The notes beneath the pieces were generated by a model. It was not told the DNA's origin and ran no database searches. It saw only the letters and a program-made list of their open reading frames with translations. DNA of 64,000 nucleotides from assembly GCA_965207445.1 (NCBI GenBank), contig CBDBLX010000002.1, positions 1,783,849 through 1,847,848 of the forward strand, read 5' to 3'. The stretch is from Nitrosopumilus sp. (lineage in GTDB: Archaea; Thermoproteota; Nitrososphaeria; Nitrososphaerales; Nitrosopumilaceae). The translations under genes were made by a program, and so were the position numbers. Shown piece by piece: positions 49,756 to 60,260 of the stretch (positions are counted from its first letter, which is position 1; each line of letters opens with the position of its first letter).

Positions 49756-50388
49756 ATGAAAAATCTGACACGCAGGCGTTATGCTAACTTGCACAAATTA
49801 TACAAGGGTAATCTTAAATTAATGTCAAAAGAAATAGGATTTACTTTGGATGCACTTGGTATTCTAGGTGAGTTATGGGACATACGTAAAACAACCAAAT
49901 ACCAAAATAAGATCATTAAATTAAATGAGCAGCGGGTGTCTGCAACAAAAATTGATATGGTGTTTAATGTACCAAAAGGGACGTCATCTAAGATTTTAAA
50001 GCGTGCAGGACATACACTATGTTACGGGCATGTAAAAAAATCCATGCGTACTTACAAGTGGCTCTTTGAGCAATATAATATAAAAAAGCGCCCCGTAAAG
50101 GAGATTGCTTTAGAGATGGGGTGTTCTACAATAACTGCATATAACCACATGCGGGCAGTCGGCATAAAACTTTATACATCAGATAAGGGCAAGATGCCAG
50201 GTCGTCGCAGGGGGCCGGCTCACTTAATGCGTGTGTCAGATAAAATGCGCACCAAAAAATGGCTAGAGGAAAATTATATTAAAAGCGACAAGTCCATAAA
50301 AGAAATTACAACTTTAATGGGCTGCACTCCTATGACACTTTATAAAATTCTAAGGCGTGCTGGATTAAAGCCTGCAAGGCATTATTAA
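49756..50388 (+). CDS. Basic protein with repeated HTH modules
   Basis: Two KWLxExY...KEIxxxMGCxxxTxY...RxxGxK repeats. Confidence 0.7.
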   Translation: MKNLTRRRYANLHKLYKGNLKLMSKEIGFTLDALGILGELWDIRKTTKYQNKIIKLNEQRVSATKIDMVFNVPKGTSSKILKRAGHTLCYGHVKKSMRTYKWLFEQYNIKKRPVKEIALEMGCSTITAYNHMRAVGIKLYTSDKGKMPGRRRGPAHLMRVSDKMRTKKWLEENYIKSDKSIKEITTLMGCTPMTLYKILRRAGLKPARHY

Positions 50389-50531
50389 ACTAGCCCCAGT
50401 ATGAAAGGCTCTCGTGGACTTTTAAGAGGTCATCCATACCATCCTCACGTGTAAACTTTTCCAAATCCTCTTGGAAATTCTTTAGGCCGTCTGCATCAAC
50501 ATTTACTATTGGCATGAATGGTATATGGCTA
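50389..50531 (-). pseudogene. 3' fragment of an unknown gene truncated by the adjacent MITE
   Basis: Open frame SHIPFMPIVNVDADGLKNFQEDLEKFTREDGMDDLLKVHESLSYWG* starting at the element edge. Confidence 0.45.
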
Positions 50532-50752
50532 GGGTCTTCTACGTTAATCGTTGGTAACTGAAATCTGGCAAGTTCCGTTTCACAGATGAGCCATTACTTG
50601 CACTATGGATTACACTCTGCATAACCTTGCCATGTGAATCCAAGGGTCTTGAGCCAGTCATGCAACGACGGTGATATTACGGGACGCATCAATGTCGCAC
50701 AAGCGACAAGGGTAGCAACGTGCAAGTTACCAACGATTAACGCAGAAGATCC
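50532..50752 (+). mobile_element. 221-bp MITE with the same ends as 45070-45784, same orientation
   Basis: First ~47 bp and last ~135 bp nearly identical to those of the 45070 element. Confidence 0.88.
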
Positions 50753-53274
50753 ACATCTTTGTTGCGCATCTTTATTACCACACCTGTCACACTGATTGCA
50801 ACTGCTACCACAATCAAAATTATAATATGACGCATGGGTAATAATTCGGATATTGTAAATGCATTTTGTTGCTCTGAGTTGTGTTTTAGCCACAGTGTAT
50901 CAAAGGTATCAGACATACTCCCATTTAGTGAATCTAATCCCACATGAACCACATCATATGCATGATATGATTCACCATTTGAGGTTATTGTAGCATCAAT
51001 CCAATACGTGCTATCTTTTTGTACTTTGATAGTAGGCTCATCGTGTGTATCTTTTGTTGCAGATACAGTCACTGTCTCTTCTGTAACGCTATCTATCACA
51101 TCTATTTTTGCAAACTCCCATCCATCAGGATGTGACACATTAAATGACAAATATCGTGTTGTGGTATTGTTGTGACTGGTATTGTTGCCAATATTATTGC
51201 CAATATTATCACCAATGTTATCACTAGTGTCATACGTGACAGTAGTGCTTATTGATCCACGCGTATAATGTAGCAAAAACGGTACAGTGTAAGTGGAACC
51301 ATTCAGATCAAAGATGATGCGTCCCTCATATGTATCAGGTAGTATTTGATCGTATTGAAAATTATTAGACGTGACATTATCACGTGTGACATTATCACGT
51401 GTGACATTATCACGTGTGACATTATCACCACTAACAACATAATTTTCAGTGGCATTACTATCAACAAGGGTATTTGTTTTATTTATCACGTCTTGTGAAA
51501 TACTCATTTTAGTAAGGACAAAATTCTCATCAAGTAAATATGAGAACTCTACAAAATCAGGACCTTTAAACATAACAGACAATTTATCATGTATGTTATC
51601 ATTATCGCTACCACTGTTGCCACGATCATTATCATTATTATCATTATTATTATTATCATCATCAAAATAAGACGCAATTTCATCTGTATCACTTGAGATA
51701 AAACGCATCTCAAAGCGTTGTTCGGCAACCTTTGATTGCTCAGACATCATTACAACAAAGCTAGGCGGTAAAATAGCAACATCTGCCTCATATGCACGCA
51801 TAATGTTTAATCTGCCAGACCCAGTATCATGCACAGATAATAAATCACCATACGAATCAGACACAGGATCAGTAGTTGTCATTATGATTGATTTGATTTC
51901 ATGCCTATCAAGGTCAGGGTTCTTTTGCAACAGTAATGCAGCAGCACCACTCACATGAGGAGCAGCATAACTAGTTCCACTTGTAATATTGTACAAAGAA
52001 CCAGTATGAGTGGTATTGATGTATGTTCCAGGTGCCATCAAATCAGGCTTGATATAAAATGGTGACACCGGTCCCCTAGAACTAAAATGGGCAACATAAT
52101 CAGGATTGTGAAATAGATTCAACGATGCAGTAGTTACAGTTGCATTATTTACGAGTTCAAGTAACTCTAACCCCTCATCACGGTCCATCGAGACGACTGG
52201 AATGCGTGGCGAGTATCCAGATTCGATAAACTCATGTATTAGTTCACCAAGAAACATCCCATCTACATTATTAAACACGATTAATGCTGCTGCACCTGCA
52301 TCAGCTGCATGTTTCTCTTTTAGTGAAAAATACAATAATTCATCAGGTACATCACTGCCCCGCTCTGCAATCACAATCAAGTCTTTAACATCAATGTCTA
52401 TAAAATCAGACTCTTTTGCATATCCTGCAAATATCATCTGTGACTGTATCGGACTAGATAATGAGTTTGTGCCCACCATGGGAATTACCGTATATGAATA
52501 TACATCATCAACATCAAGTGTTGCGATCATACTAGATGTAAGATTGTTATATGTAGCACCTACGGTAAGTGAGCCACTACTGCGTCCAGGACTGCCAATT
52601 GTACTTTGTTGTGGGCCCGCGTTTCCTGCTGCCACCACAACCAACACACCTTGTGCCAGTGCATCATTTATGGCATTCTCAATTACAGTGTTTGTATGGG
52701 TGATACCCATACTAATATTTATGATATCAGCACCATCATCAACTGCTCTTGTCACTGCTTGCGCAATAAGATCAGATGATACATTCTCACCATCCTCTGA
52801 AACCTTGTATGCTAAAATTTTGGACTTTGGAGCCACGCCTTTGAGTTGACCATCAGCAGATATCACACCGGCTACCTGAGTACCATGCCCATCAGTATCA
52901 ATCGGAGTATCAGCATCCCACAAAAGGTTGTACCCGCCTGCTACCTTTCCATCGCTCATCCATCCAAGCATATCAGGATGCTCATAGTTTACACCAGTAT
53001 CAATTACAGCAATGAATATTCCCTCGCCATCAATGCCATCAAGTCTAGGAGTATCAATTCCAACAAATGGCACACTTTTGTCAAGATACGTATGAATTTT
53101 TTGATCATTTATAGTTCCAAAGAATATTACAACTGAGATCATAACAACTACAATCATAATAGTTGCAAGTATGCTAGTTGGAAACATGCTAGTTGGAAAC
53201 ATGTTATTTTTACGCATGCTATTTTTTTGAGATTGAGAGTCGAGATTGTGCTTTTTTAATCTAAAACTTGACAT
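50737..53274 (-). CDS. Membrane-anchored subtilisin-like S8 peptidase with a PA domain
   Basis: IDTG, GHGTQVAG, AAGN, FSSRGP, GTSYAAPHVSG triad motifs; N- and C-terminal TM helices; start uncertain. Confidence 0.92.
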   Translation of the reverse strand: MSSFRLKKHNLDSQSQKNSMRKNNMFPTSMFPTSILATIMIVVVMISVVIFFGTINDQKIHTYLDKSVPFVGIDTPRLDGIDGEGIFIAVIDTGVNYEHPDMLGWMSDGKVAGGYNLLWDADTPIDTDGHGTQVAGVISADGQLKGVAPKSKILAYKVSEDGENVSSDLIAQAVTRAVDDGADIINISMGITHTNTVIENAINDALAQGVLVVVAAGNAGPQQSTIGSPGRSSGSLTVGATYNNLTSSMIATLDVDDVYSYTVIPMVGTNSLSSPIQSQMIFAGYAKESDFIDIDVKDLIVIAERGSDVPDELLYFSLKEKHAADAGAAALIVFNNVDGMFLGELIHEFIESGYSPRIPVVSMDRDEGLELLELVNNATVTTASLNLFHNPDYVAHFSSRGPVSPFYIKPDLMAPGTYINTTHTGSLYNITSGTSYAAPHVSGAAALLLQKNPDLDRHEIKSIIMTTTDPVSDSYGDLLSVHDTGSGRLNIMRAYEADVAILPPSFVVMMSEQSKVAEQRFEMRFISSDTDEIASYFDDDNNNNDNNDNDRGNSGSDNDNIHDKLSVMFKGPDFVEFSYLLDENFVLTKMSISQDVINKTNTLVDSNATENYVVSGDNVTRDNVTRDNVTRDNVTSNNFQYDQILPDTYEGRIIFDLNGSTYTVPFLLHYTRGSISTTVTYDTSDNIGDNIGNNIGNNTSHNNTTTRYLSFNVSHPDGWEFAKIDVIDSVTEETVTVSATKDTHDEPTIKVQKDSTYWIDATITSNGESYHAYDVVHVGLDSLNGSMSDTFDTLWLKHNSEQQNAFTISELLPMRHIIILIVVAVAISVTGVVIKMRNKDVDLLR

Positions 53275-53425
53275 TATAGCAGATTTTTCAAAGGCATGTA
53301 AAAATTGTTAGCAGATTTCAAAATCAAACATTTTGATATAATTTAACATATAAATTAAAATTTATAGATGGGTCTAGTATGTTGTAAAATTCAATGCACA
53401 TCTCAGCAGAACAACATATCTGCGT

Positions 53426-53502
53426 GCAGTTTAACCCATTTCCAAATTGATATAGATTCATCGCCTAACGTCTAGCGCAGGCACGAGAGGCCGAACATTT
53501 AC
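53426..53502 (+). mobile_element. Degenerate copy of the ~80-bp MITE
   Basis: CCAAATTGATATAGATTCATCGCCTAACGTCTAGCGCAGGCACG core; ends eroded, boundaries approximate. Confidence 0.6.
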
Positions 53503-53551
53503 CCTCAGCAAGTTCATAACATTTTTATGAAAAAAAATGATTTGAATACAC

Positions 53552-54637
53552 ATGACAGAAGATCAAAAAAAGCGCGTTGCAATTATAGGTGTGACAGGCT
53601 CAGTTGGGCAGGAGTTTGTCGTATCATTGAACAAACACAAATGGTTTGAGGTCACACAGATTGCAGCATCAGAGCGCTCTGCAGGTAAAAAATATCTTGA
53701 TGCAATAAGGGATGCATCAGGCATAATAGCATGGGATGTAGGAGGTGATATTCCAGAATACATAAAATCAATGACAGTACGTACGATAGATGAGATCGAT
53801 ATATCGGGTCTCGACTTGGTCTTTTCAGCAGTAGAATCCAAAGCAGCACGCGATATCGAGACTAAAATGGCAGCATCACTTCCCGTCATATCTACTAGTT
53901 CTGCATACCGTTATGAGGAAGATGTACCAATACTCATACCAGGAATAAATGATGAGCAATCAGACATGCTGGATATACAGAGTAAAAAACGGAATTGGAA
54001 GGGATGGGTTGCGCCACTACCAAACTGCACCACTACGGGTCTTGCAATTACACTAAAACCACTCTTTGACAAGTATGGAGTAAAACGTGTAATGATGACA
54101 TCCATGCAAGCAATATCAGGAGGCGGTAAGACTGGAGTCTCTGCGATGGGTATAACAGATAACATACTACCATGGATTCCAAAAGAAGAAGACAAAGTCA
54201 AAAAAGAGACTAGAAAGATACTAGGTACATTTAATGGTCAAAAGATCGACGAGGCAGATATTCTAATCAGTTGTACATGCACCAGAGTTCCCGTAATAGA
54301 TGGGCACACAGAGTCAGTCTTTTTAGAGACTAGAGATAGCATTGATCCACAAAAAGCAAAAGACACCTTTGATGATTATAATAAGACAGTCTCGACTAAC
54401 GGACTACCATCAGCACCAGAAGAGTATTATGCATTTCATGAGGATCCTACAAGGCCACAACCGCGCATGGAGAGAACAGTGGGAGGTGGTATGACTACAA
54501 CAGTAGGACGAGTTGAAAAAGAAGAATTGTTTGAGAATGGTCTCAAATACATGCTGTTCTCACACAACAAAAAGATGGGATCAGCAAAGGGTGCAGTACT
54601 AGTAGCAGAGATGCTGTACAAAAAGGGCAAAATATGA
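53552..54637 (+). CDS. asd: Aspartate-semialdehyde dehydrogenase
   Basis: GVTGSVGQ, PNCTT, QAISGGG, RVPVIDGH, GSAKGAV. Confidence 0.96.
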   Translation: MTEDQKKRVAIIGVTGSVGQEFVVSLNKHKWFEVTQIAASERSAGKKYLDAIRDASGIIAWDVGGDIPEYIKSMTVRTIDEIDISGLDLVFSAVESKAARDIETKMAASLPVISTSSAYRYEEDVPILIPGINDEQSDMLDIQSKKRNWKGWVAPLPNCTTTGLAITLKPLFDKYGVKRVMMTSMQAISGGGKTGVSAMGITDNILPWIPKEEDKVKKETRKILGTFNGQKIDEADILISCTCTRVPVIDGHTESVFLETRDSIDPQKAKDTFDDYNKTVSTNGLPSAPEEYYAFHEDPTRPQPRMERTVGGGMTTTVGRVEKEELFENGLKYMLFSHNKKMGSAKGAVLVAEMLYKKGKI

Positions 54638-54933
54638 TTAAAATTCATAATTTGTAAAGACATTACTATGATAAACCATCCAAACTAATTTTAACAAGAT
54701 CACAAAAAACCAAAATACTAGACATTCAACCAAAAATAATGAGAAAATGGCTGATCATACTACTAGCCATAGTAGCAGCAATAATCATAGGATTTGCAAT
54801 CAGCACATACATCGTGTTCTCACCATTTCTAAACATGATAGAAGAGATCGATGAGATAAACTCCACAGACATGGATGCAGTTACATCAGATATAATGAGA
54901 CATCCTGCAGCAGTAGCATTTATGGAAAAATAC

Positions 54934-56840
54934 GTAACTATTTTGCTTTTTGAAGTGCACATATAAGGTAAATGATCATGCGCATTTCTCTGATCGTGAT
55001 GATCTTGGCATTGGATATTCATATATAATCAATTGGCAAGGATAGCGCGTAGTTGATTATAATACGCAGATGGGCACACAGATGATTCTGTAGTTTTAGC
55101 CAGGTTTGTATCCCTTGCACAGCATATCAAAAAAGCTCTCGCCGCTGATCTTACCTGTTGCAAGTAGTGTGAATAATATTGAGTTGGCCTCCATACCACG
55201 AGACGTTCTGTTTCCACCACCATCATTTTTTATGGATACAAATACTCGATTAGTTCGTTCAACGTCATTATTGTCTGGTGGTATGCCCTTTATGTGTAAA
55301 AAGGTGCTCATATGGTATCCTTCGCGTCTCCATCTCTTTTTGAATCTGTTTATTATGCCCTCTTTGTCACCGTCCCAGTCTTTTTCCTTTGTCCAATCAT
55401 TGTTCATTAGTTGACGCAGTTGGCTGTCCAAACAATATGAGGCCACTTGTCGTGTGTGAGGATCGTCTATTTCATCTGCTTTAAAGAATTGTTTGAATAT
55501 TTGAACTAATGTGTTGAGAAATCGTAGTACTGCACCTTTTGGATTCACATATTGGATGTCTTTTTTTGGCAGTCGAAGCTGATGTGACAAACACATCTGA
55601 TGTTGTACTCCAATGTGACCCCATGATGGATTAGAGTCATGTCGTACTAGTCCATTGTATTTTGGCAGGAATTTTTTGAGGGTGGATATTGTTTTGTTGT
55701 CAGTTATCTCTATTAGACAGCAGTCGTCTCCGAGCGCAATTAAACCGCACGCATGTTTTTTGTTTGCCCCAGGCCAGTCAAACTCATCACAGCCTAACTC
55801 GCTTTTGTTTAAAATTTTTTGTTTGATCTCATCGTGTTTTGGTTTTTGTGCTTTAGCATGTGATATCTTGTCACGATATGCTGCTGATGGGGAGATCTCA
55901 ACTTGCATGACATCTTTGCTGAATTCTGCAGTCTTTGCGTGTGATAGACCTTTCATGTTTAGTGTGACTGTGGTTGCAGAATGATTAGTTGAACGGCGTG
56001 CATGAGGCCTTACATTTGAAATGGGTTGCTGCACTTGCTTTTTGCATTTACTGCACCAGCGACGTTTGATATCAAACTTGACATACTCTGTGATTGTTGT
56101 GATAATTTGGACCACTCTGTCATACTCGTCTGTTATGGTCGATGAGAGTGGGTTTTTGCATTGTGGGCATGTAGTGCCATCTATCACCTCTGTTCTGGTT
56201 ATGTTTACAGGACGCTTGTTTTTGGTAGCTTTTTGCCCCTTGGGTCTGCCCCGTGGTTTATTTTCTCCTGGCGTTTTGTCAGGTTTATCACTAGCAGTGA
56301 CTGCCTTGATGCCGTTTTTCTTGGCCCTTAGTTCTTTGTTGATCTTTTGATATTTTTTATTGTCCTTGGTCAATTCTTCATTTTGTGTCTTTAACGTGTT
56401 GACATCTTGTAGCATCTCAGACACCCCATTGGACGTTATTTTTTTCTTTGAATCCGATGACTCTTGCAATATCTTGTCAATTCCGGTATTCTCCAACCAC
56501 CATTTACAACACTCGCAATCACTTTTGAGACATGGTTTTTTTGCATGTTGTGTGTTTTTGTCACGAGGTTCTGAGCAGCACAACTATGTTCCCCCCTCCT
56601 GCAAATAATTGACACTATTGCATTTCCAGTCACACTGATCGCTTAAATCACATTTTTGCGATGATCTAATATCGTTCCCGTCTATCATTTTATTTGCACT
56701 TAATGATAGATGGAAGCGTTTTGATTTAACATCTTATTGTTAAATTATTTAGACTCTTTGATCAAATTTTTTAAACCAAAATTATCACAGTATATAATCA
56801 TAAGAATTTAAGTGTCCACTTCAAAAAGCAAAATAGTTAC
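54934..56840 (-). mobile_element. IS66-family insertion sequence with an 8-bp target duplication
   Basis: TIR GTAACTATTTTGCTTTTTGAAGTG; AAAAATAC at 54926-54933 and 56841-56848. Confidence 0.95.
55096..56583 (-). CDS. IS66 transposase (495 aa)
   Basis: RGRPKGQK, CPQC...CSKC, GCDEF, RHD, HQMCLSHQLR, PPDNNDVER. Confidence 0.9.
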   Translation of the reverse strand: MCCSEPRDKNTQHAKKPCLKSDCECCKWWLENTGIDKILQESSDSKKKITSNGVSEMLQDVNTLKTQNEELTKDNKKYQKINKELRAKKNGIKAVTASDKPDKTPGENKPRGRPKGQKATKNKRPVNITRTEVIDGTTCPQCKNPLSSTITDEYDRVVQIITTITEYVKFDIKRRWCSKCKKQVQQPISNVRPHARRSTNHSATTVTLNMKGLSHAKTAEFSKDVMQVEISPSAAYRDKISHAKAQKPKHDEIKQKILNKSELGCDEFDWPGANKKHACGLIALGDDCCLIEITDNKTISTLKKFLPKYNGLVRHDSNPSWGHIGVQHQMCLSHQLRLPKKDIQYVNPKGAVLRFLNTLVQIFKQFFKADEIDDPHTRQVASYCLDSQLRQLMNNDWTKEKDWDGDKEGIINRFKKRWRREGYHMSTFLHIKGIPPDNNDVERTNRVFVSIKNDGGGNRTSRGMEANSILFTLLATGKISGESFFDMLCKGYKPG

Positions 56841-57355
56841 AAAAATACCCAAGCGCTTACACCATGACTGAAAATCTTGGAGTCGGAGGCATCAATGTCA
56901 TCATAATATCAGATAATGGTTCACAGTTAACAATAGAACAAGATACAGACGGTGTTGTGACAAATGTAACTTACATCTGCTTTTACCCAGACGGATTAAG
57001 TTCAGATTCAATAGATGGTCCCGATGTGGCAAAACAGATACCAATCATGTGTTAGTCGTACATGCAAGGTACAACCCATCATTATTTTTTTTAATTTTTA
57101 TACACAACGCATATTTTTGATCACCCATACAAACACATTACACCCATACAAACACACCACAATTGTATTTTTACCACATTAATTTGCAGAATATAAAAAG
57201 ATCATATACATGATACATACTGGACACACCACAAATAACTCAAATAATACAAAACAAAAGATCAGATAAATGATATATAGTTTATATATTGTATAAAGTA
57301 CATTTAAAGTATGTATAATGTATAGCATTTATTATAAGAAAATTGATCTATCATT

Positions 57356-57436
57356 GTAACCGTTCAACCCCCATACCTGCACTAAAAGTTAGGCGATGAA
57401 TTTGTGTCTAAACTCGAGCAAGAGTTGAACGGTTAC
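57356..57436 (-). mobile_element. 81-bp MITE with perfect 13-bp TIRs
   Basis: GTAACCGTTCAAC / GTTGAACGGTTAC; interior is the reverse complement of the 25079 copy type. Confidence 0.88.
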
Positions 57437-57595
57437 GTTGCATCTAAATCACCTCACCTTACCTCATCTCACCCCATTTCACATCGGACATAGCGTGGCT
57501 GTGGCATTTTCACAAAATACTCACAGGTGAACCCTATACGTGCACCATTATAGTTTATGAAATCTTTATATTCATTATAGAAAAAACATTTATTA

Positions 57596-59116
57596 TTGAA
57601 TCGTATAATTACGTGTTCTATCATATTTATGATTGTAGCATGTCTTACAGGAGTAACAGTTGACTCTGCAGATGCGACATATAACGTGGAATTTACAACA
57701 GCAGAACGTGATTGGCTTGAGGATCATCCAGTAATTATAGTGGGATATGATCCTGGCTGGCCCCCATATGAATACCGCGATGCAAATGGCAAGCTCTCAG
57801 GTGTCTCTGCAGCTCTTGCAGAAAAGTTTTCAGAGATATCTGGATCTCAGTTCTACCAAGCCGACTCGATAATGACATGGCAAGACTCTATTGATGCACT
57901 CCGTGCAGGGAATGTGGACGTGCTCTTTTCAGTAGAACGCACACCTGAAAGAGAAGAGTACATGGACTTTACATCGACGTGGCAGACTATATCAATTGAC
58001 ATTATTACACAGGACTCACAAAGACATGTGATAAATGCAAGTAATCTTGTAGATTACAGAGTCGTAGTGGTACAAGGATACGCAGTTGTATCATGGCTTG
58101 ATGAAAATCTACCAAATGTTAATTACACTACAGTATCTAGCACCCTAGAGGCCTTACATATGGTATCAGATGGACGCGCCGATGCATACCTCGAACCATG
58201 GGCAGTTGCACACTATCTTGCACTGCAAAACGACATTTCAGGACTAGCAAATGCGGGGCCGTTAGGTGACACATATGCCCTCTCAATTGGATACGAAAAG
58301 GCAAGTCCACTTGGTAGCATATTACAAAAGATGTTAGATGCGCTTGGTGATGAGCAAGAGTCACTAGTACAAGATGCAATTGACCGTAGTAATTCTGCCC
58401 TTGCAATGTTACCATTTGATACACAAGAAGAACAGTGGCTTGAGTCCCACCCCGTCATTACGTTTGGATATGACCCCGAGTGGCTTGGTGTCTCAGAATC
58501 TGTAGCAAAGAGGCTCTCTGAGATATCTGGCTCACAGTTTGTGGCATTTGAACCCATACACTCATGGCAGGATGCACTTGATGGCGTGAGAAACGGCCAT
58601 ATTGATACCATACTGGCAATAGAACGCAACGCAGAGAGAGAAGAGTATATGGACTTTACATCAGCATGGCACGTGATACCAGTCAATATCATAACAAGGG
58701 ACTCACAGGTAGGTGAGATACACCGTAGCAACCTTGACAATTATAGGGTCATTGTAGTACAGGGTTATGCAGTAGAGTCATGGCTTGCAACATATATGCC
58801 AAACTTGTCATATGTGGCAGTTGCAAATACAATTGAAGCACTACAAATGATATCAGACGGACGCGCCGATGCGTACTTGGAGCCATGGGACATGGCAGGA
58901 TACATTGCAGAGCAAATCGGTATTGAGGGAGTTGCAAACGCAGGCTTGCTTGGAGATGAGTATGCACTTGCCATGGGGCATACTCAAGGTGACACCATAC
59001 TGGGATCTATTCTACAAAAGATGGTAAATGAGATACACGATGAGAAAGATCAGCTTATTGCAGACGGACTATTCCCAGATGCAACATCAAGCACAGTAAA
59101 TCATATCTGTAGATAA
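57596..59116 (+). CDS. Secreted tandem family-3 solute-binding protein (BvgS/EvgS-like Venus-flytrap pair)
   Basis: Signal peptide; two repeats of ExxWLExHPVI.GYDP...ERxxEREEYMDFT...SDGRADAY. Confidence 0.85.
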   Translation: MNRIITCSIIFMIVACLTGVTVDSADATYNVEFTTAERDWLEDHPVIIVGYDPGWPPYEYRDANGKLSGVSAALAEKFSEISGSQFYQADSIMTWQDSIDALRAGNVDVLFSVERTPEREEYMDFTSTWQTISIDIITQDSQRHVINASNLVDYRVVVVQGYAVVSWLDENLPNVNYTTVSSTLEALHMVSDGRADAYLEPWAVAHYLALQNDISGLANAGPLGDTYALSIGYEKASPLGSILQKMLDALGDEQESLVQDAIDRSNSALAMLPFDTQEEQWLESHPVITFGYDPEWLGVSESVAKRLSEISGSQFVAFEPIHSWQDALDGVRNGHIDTILAIERNAEREEYMDFTSAWHVIPVNIITRDSQVGEIHRSNLDNYRVIVVQGYAVESWLATYMPNLSYVAVANTIEALQMISDGRADAYLEPWDMAGYIAEQIGIEGVANAGLLGDEYALAMGHTQGDTILGSILQKMVNEIHDEKDQLIADGLFPDATSSTVNHICR

Positions 59117-59639
59117 CCATCACAATACGGAATTAAAAAATAGAGTACTTTATTATTGTAAATGATATTCGGATCACTGCTTTACATACAATACAGGCAA
59201 CGTCTATAGATTCAATGTATTTTGAGCTGTTGACACATACAACAATTTACTTTTGAAAAAATCTCTAAAAAATGAGTCATCACTTATTCAAAAAAAAGAG
59301 TGGATGAGGGAGGAGGTGGCGCGGGTACAAAACCCAATGCAGAATTGATTACGATTTTGTAAAGTACAGAAGATGAAAATCTATTTTATTAAAAATCAAA
59401 TAAGTATATACATATAAACTATTTTTGTAAGTGAATTATGTATAATTAGTAATTTAGGATGTGTTTGTATTAATATACTTGTATTAATATACGTGTTACA
59501 ACTTTAACTTATTTTTAATCATATATGTCAATTAAATAATAATAATGATAACAATAACAACAACAATAAGAAAATAAAATAGAGATAGAAAAATAAAAAA
59601 AGAGCATTACTGATTACATCTTTACAGTATTGCACAAGA

Positions 59640-60260
59640 TTATGTTACGTTTGCAAGCCTACTATTCACTTCGTCCCAATTGATTGTATTCCACCAAGAT
59701 TCTATATATACAGGTCTCTTGTTTTGATACTTGAGATAGTATGCATGCTCCCATACGTCACATCCTAGCAGAGGTACAAGTCCTTCGGTTTTAGGACTTG
59801 TCTGATTGGGCATTGATTTGTATTCTGCTTTTTTGGATGTTGGATTGTATACTAGCCAACCCCATCCACTGCCTTGGATAACTGCAGTTGTAGTGGAGAA
59901 CTTTTCTTTAAAGTTTGCAAAACTACCAAAAGAGTCGTTTATGGCATCTGCCACTGCTCCTCCTGGCTCGCCACCACCATTGGGCTTCATGTTGTTCCAA
60001 AAGAGTTTGTGGTTGTCAAAACCACCACCATTGAAGTTGATTGCACCTCTCTTGTCTTCTGGTACTACACTAATGTCGGCCAATATCTCTGATATGTCCA
60101 TATTTTGAACTTCCGTAGGACATGAATCTAGTGCCGCATTCAGCTTGTCAGTATACGTTTGGTGATGTTTTGTGTGATGAATCTCCATTGTTCTGGCATC
60201 GATATGTGGCTCTAGTGCGTCATACGCATAAGGCATATCAGGAAGTGTATATTTTCCCAT
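59640..60260 (-). CDS. sod: Fe/Mn superoxide dismutase
   Basis: YDALEPHI, HHTKHH, GSGWGWL, DVWEHAYY. Confidence 0.97.
   Translation of the reverse strand: MGKYTLPDMPYAYDALEPHIDARTMEIHHTKHHQTYTDKLNAALDSCPTEVQNMDISEILADISVVPEDKRGAINFNGGGFDNHKLFWNNMKPNGGGEPGGAVADAINDSFGSFANFKEKFSTTTAVIQGSGWGWLVYNPTSKKAEYKSMPNQTSPKTEGLVPLLGCDVWEHAYYLKYQNKRPVYIESWWNTINWDEVNSRLANVT

Larger units (their letters stand above)
54739..57055 (+). pseudogene. ~133-aa membrane-anchored protein interrupted by IS66
   Basis: 54739-54933 joins 56849-57055 in frame (…FMEKY|PSAYTMTENLG…) after removing the IS and one target copy. Confidence 0.88.

Noticed and set aside
56853..56860. GCGCTTAC resembling an IS66 terminus
   Set aside because: Lies outside the element defined by the TIR and target duplication and is coding sequence of the interrupted gene
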